This document shows, piece after piece, positions 45,285 through 48,145 of a DNA stretch of 48,145 nucleotides. The stretch's first letter is position 1; the number at the start of each line of letters is the position of its first letter. The notes under the pieces were generated by a model. The model made no database searches and was not told the DNA's origin. It was given only the letters and a program-made list of their open reading frames with translations. The translations under genes and the position numbers were made by a program. The DNA is from Macrostomum lignano. Lineage: Eukaryota. The DNA is taken from positions 1 to 48,145 of the forward strand of contig NIVC01004373.1 of NCBI GenBank assembly GCA_002269645.1, read 5' to 3'.

Positions 45285-46333
45285 GGGAGAGGAGAGAGGA
45301 GAGAAGAGAAGAGGGGATAGAGGGGATAAAAAAGGGAGAAATGAGAGGTAGAGAGAAGAGAGAAAATAGGAAATAGGAAAGATGAGAGAGCAGAGGAGAG
45401 AGGAAAGAGTAGAGATAAGGAAGTGGCAATGAGCAAGTAAAGAGAAGAGAGATGATATGACAGGAGGGAGGAGAGAAGAAAGAGAAGAGAGGGGATAGAA
45501 ATGAGAGGAGAAGAGAGAAGAAAGAAGAAAAAAGTAGAGATGAGAATAAAATGAAGAGAAGGAGACAGAAGAAATAAGATTGTAGAGATAAAAGATAAAT
45601 GAAGATATAAGGAAAGGGAGATAAGAGACAAAGGAAGACAGAGAAAAGTGGAAAGAGATGAGATAAGAGATGAGAGGGGAGAGAGGATCAGAAGAGGGAA
45701 GAAAAGAGAAGAGAAGAGAAGAAAGGAGAAAGGAGAGGAGTCAAAAGAGGGGAAAGAGAAGAGTACAGAGGAGAGAGGTAAAAGAATAGATACAATAATA
45801 AAGATGACAGAAAAGAGAAAAAGAGAAGATCAGTGATCACAGATAAGAGTGAACAGATAGGAGATGAGAGAAGAGAAGAGAGGAAAGATAAGGGAGCACA
45901 GAAAAGAGATAGGAGAGTAAAGAGATTGAGAACAGAGGGAGAAAGAGATAAGAGTAGCAATTACAAAGATAAGGGGAGAGAGGAGAAAGAAATGTATAAG
46001 GGCAGAGAAGAATGTCAAAGGGAGAAAGAAGTGGAGTGAGGAGAAATGAGGGAATAGAAGAGAGAAATTAAAGAGGAAAAAGAATAAAAGAGTTAAGAGA
46101 GTAAAGAAAAGGCAAAGAAAAATTAGAAGAGATAATATAGAAAAACAGAAATAATAAAGGAAAAAAAGATATAAGAGAACAAAGACAAGAGAGAAGAAGA
46201 ATTGTAAGGGAAGAGACAAGAGAAGAGGGGAGAAAAGAGAGAGGAAAAAAGGAAAGAAGAGATAAAGAGAAAAGCAGAGAGAAGGAGAGAGAGAAAGGGA
46301 GAGAGAGAAAGAGAGAGAGAGAAAGAGAGAAAT

Positions 46334-46386
<53 letters not shown>

Positions 46387-46480
46387 GAGAGATAGAGAGA
46401 AAGAGAAGAGACGAGAGAGAAGACAGGAAATAGAAGAAAAAATAGAAGTTTCAAAGGATCCAAAAAATAGGGAAAGGTAG
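45285..46480. repeat. GA-rich low-complexity tract
   Basis: Almost purine-only, includes (GA)n. Confidence 0.9.
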
Positions 46481-48145
46481 AAATAGAGGCCAAAGTTTTC
46501 TGATATATGCTTTAAATAGACATTTAAAATAGTTCCAAGTATTAAAATACTGCCATGTTCAAAATCTGTGGGTTTTAACAGCTAATACTAGTACTGTATA
46601 TATACAACTTAGTTGGCTCTATATGTTGTATATGAACATGGCTACTATAGTGTCCTGGCTTTAGATAGCTTTGCTAGTGACCATGATAGGCCTAGTTATT
46701 AGCAAGACAATGATCATTTATAGCCTCAAAATTTATTATATAGAAGGGTTTTAAAGTTTGAATTATATTATAGTATTTTGCTGCAATATCTAAGCTGAAA
46801 GCCTGATAGGCATAAGCCTATATAGGTTTTTATATAGGCCTACACAAGTATATATGCATGGAATGCATGAACTTGATGTATAGCAATTTGATTGATCCTG
46901 AAAGTAATATAAATAAGTTGGTATCACTAGGAGAGCGCATAAATGCTCGCAAGGAGACAGGATTTCAATACTAATCTTTGGCTTAAGCCAAAAAAGTTCT
47001 GCAATGTCAAAATGAAATGTATATAGGTACTGATTAGATAATAACAAACATCAAATGTAAGGATTGTTGGCAATTATTAGGCATTAAAGATGAAAAAAAT
47101 TTTTAAAGCAAGTATAGAAGGAAATGCTCAAAAATAGAGCACTTAAAACAAAGTTTTAGGTACGCCTAGGCATTAAGTGTTTGCAATTAGAGAATTTATA
47201 GTATGAATGAATGCATAATGTAGGAGAAATTGCACTAGTATTTTTTAAACAAAGAGAAGCAGGAACTTAGTTGCAAGGAAGTATATTGTATCTCTTATCT
47301 TGTATCTTTTATTATATATAGTTTTGAGTATTTAAAATAGGTCCTTTCAGATGAAGCAATGATATAACTTTATAGTATGAAATCTGCAGATGGATCTTCA
47401 ACTGTTCAAGTCAATCAATGCCAGATAGGATTAGGAAACTATAAATCTTGCACCTAAATAAATAAAATTTTTTAATCTTATTTGCTTGTAGTTGTATGCA
47501 ATGCAATTTGTACCTTGAAATTGGGCATAGGCCTAGGCCTAGGATGTGATTTCATACCTAGTCTTAGCTCTGGCAAAAAACCTGGCCTAATAATTTTTAG
47601 TCTTTAAGTAACTTATGACAACTATAATAGTGCATTACAATACAATATATAATAACAAACTTTCCAAAGCCAAAGGACTATTAATTAATTGATTTTCTAT
47701 AATGCTCACATTTTTGGATAGGGCCTAGCTAAAAGCACCATTGATTGATCTAGGAAATACAAAATAGTTTTGAATTTTGGAAATATAAAGTCCAGTGCTA
47801 TGCTAATGCCAATGAATAGATGTAAATTATATAAACAATAGCTAGGCCTAGTCTACTCTTTGAATAAAATTTGTTTTTGGCAATATGCCTATTAATAATT
47901 ATAGAATTTTTTGACAATTATATCAAAACAAGTTGTAGATACAATAGGTTAGGCCTAGTATTAGTAATGCCATGGCTGCCTTGTAAAATGCTTAAGAAGA
48001 CTAAGTAAAGACCTATTCTATTGTCTAAAGACAAGGTAGTGTAGGTTTAACTAGGAAGGAATGATAGAAAGATCGCGTTATAATGCCAATGTTTGATACT
48101 CTATAATTAGAAGCAGATTGTATTTTTTAACTGTCGTAAAGATAT

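Noticed and set aside
45269-46493. Leu/Ser/Phe-rich 'membrane' ORFs and Arg/Glu-rich ORFs (also 17.6-18.4 kb and 19.8-20.3 kb)
   Set aside because: Artefacts of GA/CT low-complexity tracts.

Overview
Eukaryotic (animal) genomic DNA. The minisatellite-filled introns suggest a flatworm such as Macrostomum, which I infer and cannot confirm. 1-19 kb: two minus-strand host genes, DDHD1-like phospholipase (8 exons seen, 3' end runs out of the window) and DDX52/ROK1 DEAD-box helicase (5 exons seen). Nearly every large intron is filled by a different minisatellite. 19-30 kb: AT-rich region of decayed transposon remnants, including a RAG1/Transib/Chapaev-like transposase. 30060-44788: a complete-ended 14.7-kb Maverick/Polinton (adintovirus-like) element with 104-bp TIRs starting AGTAGT and a perfect 6-bp TSD (CACATT). 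It has apparently intact integrase, packaging ATPase, major and minor capsid, protease, PLA2-like, PZ-like and dUTPase genes, but only an N-terminal remnant of the protein-primed polymerase. Most notable: the element encodes a divergent TATA-binding-protein (TBP)-fold protein and a probable ssDNA-binding protein in spliced genes. A non-canonical TATA box, TATAAG(C), lies upstream of 8 of the 9 transcription units in its virion/integrase gene block. This suggests a self-encoded viral TBP/late-promoter system analogous to the herpesvirus vTBP-TATT system. All homology calls come from remembered family motifs, not database searches.
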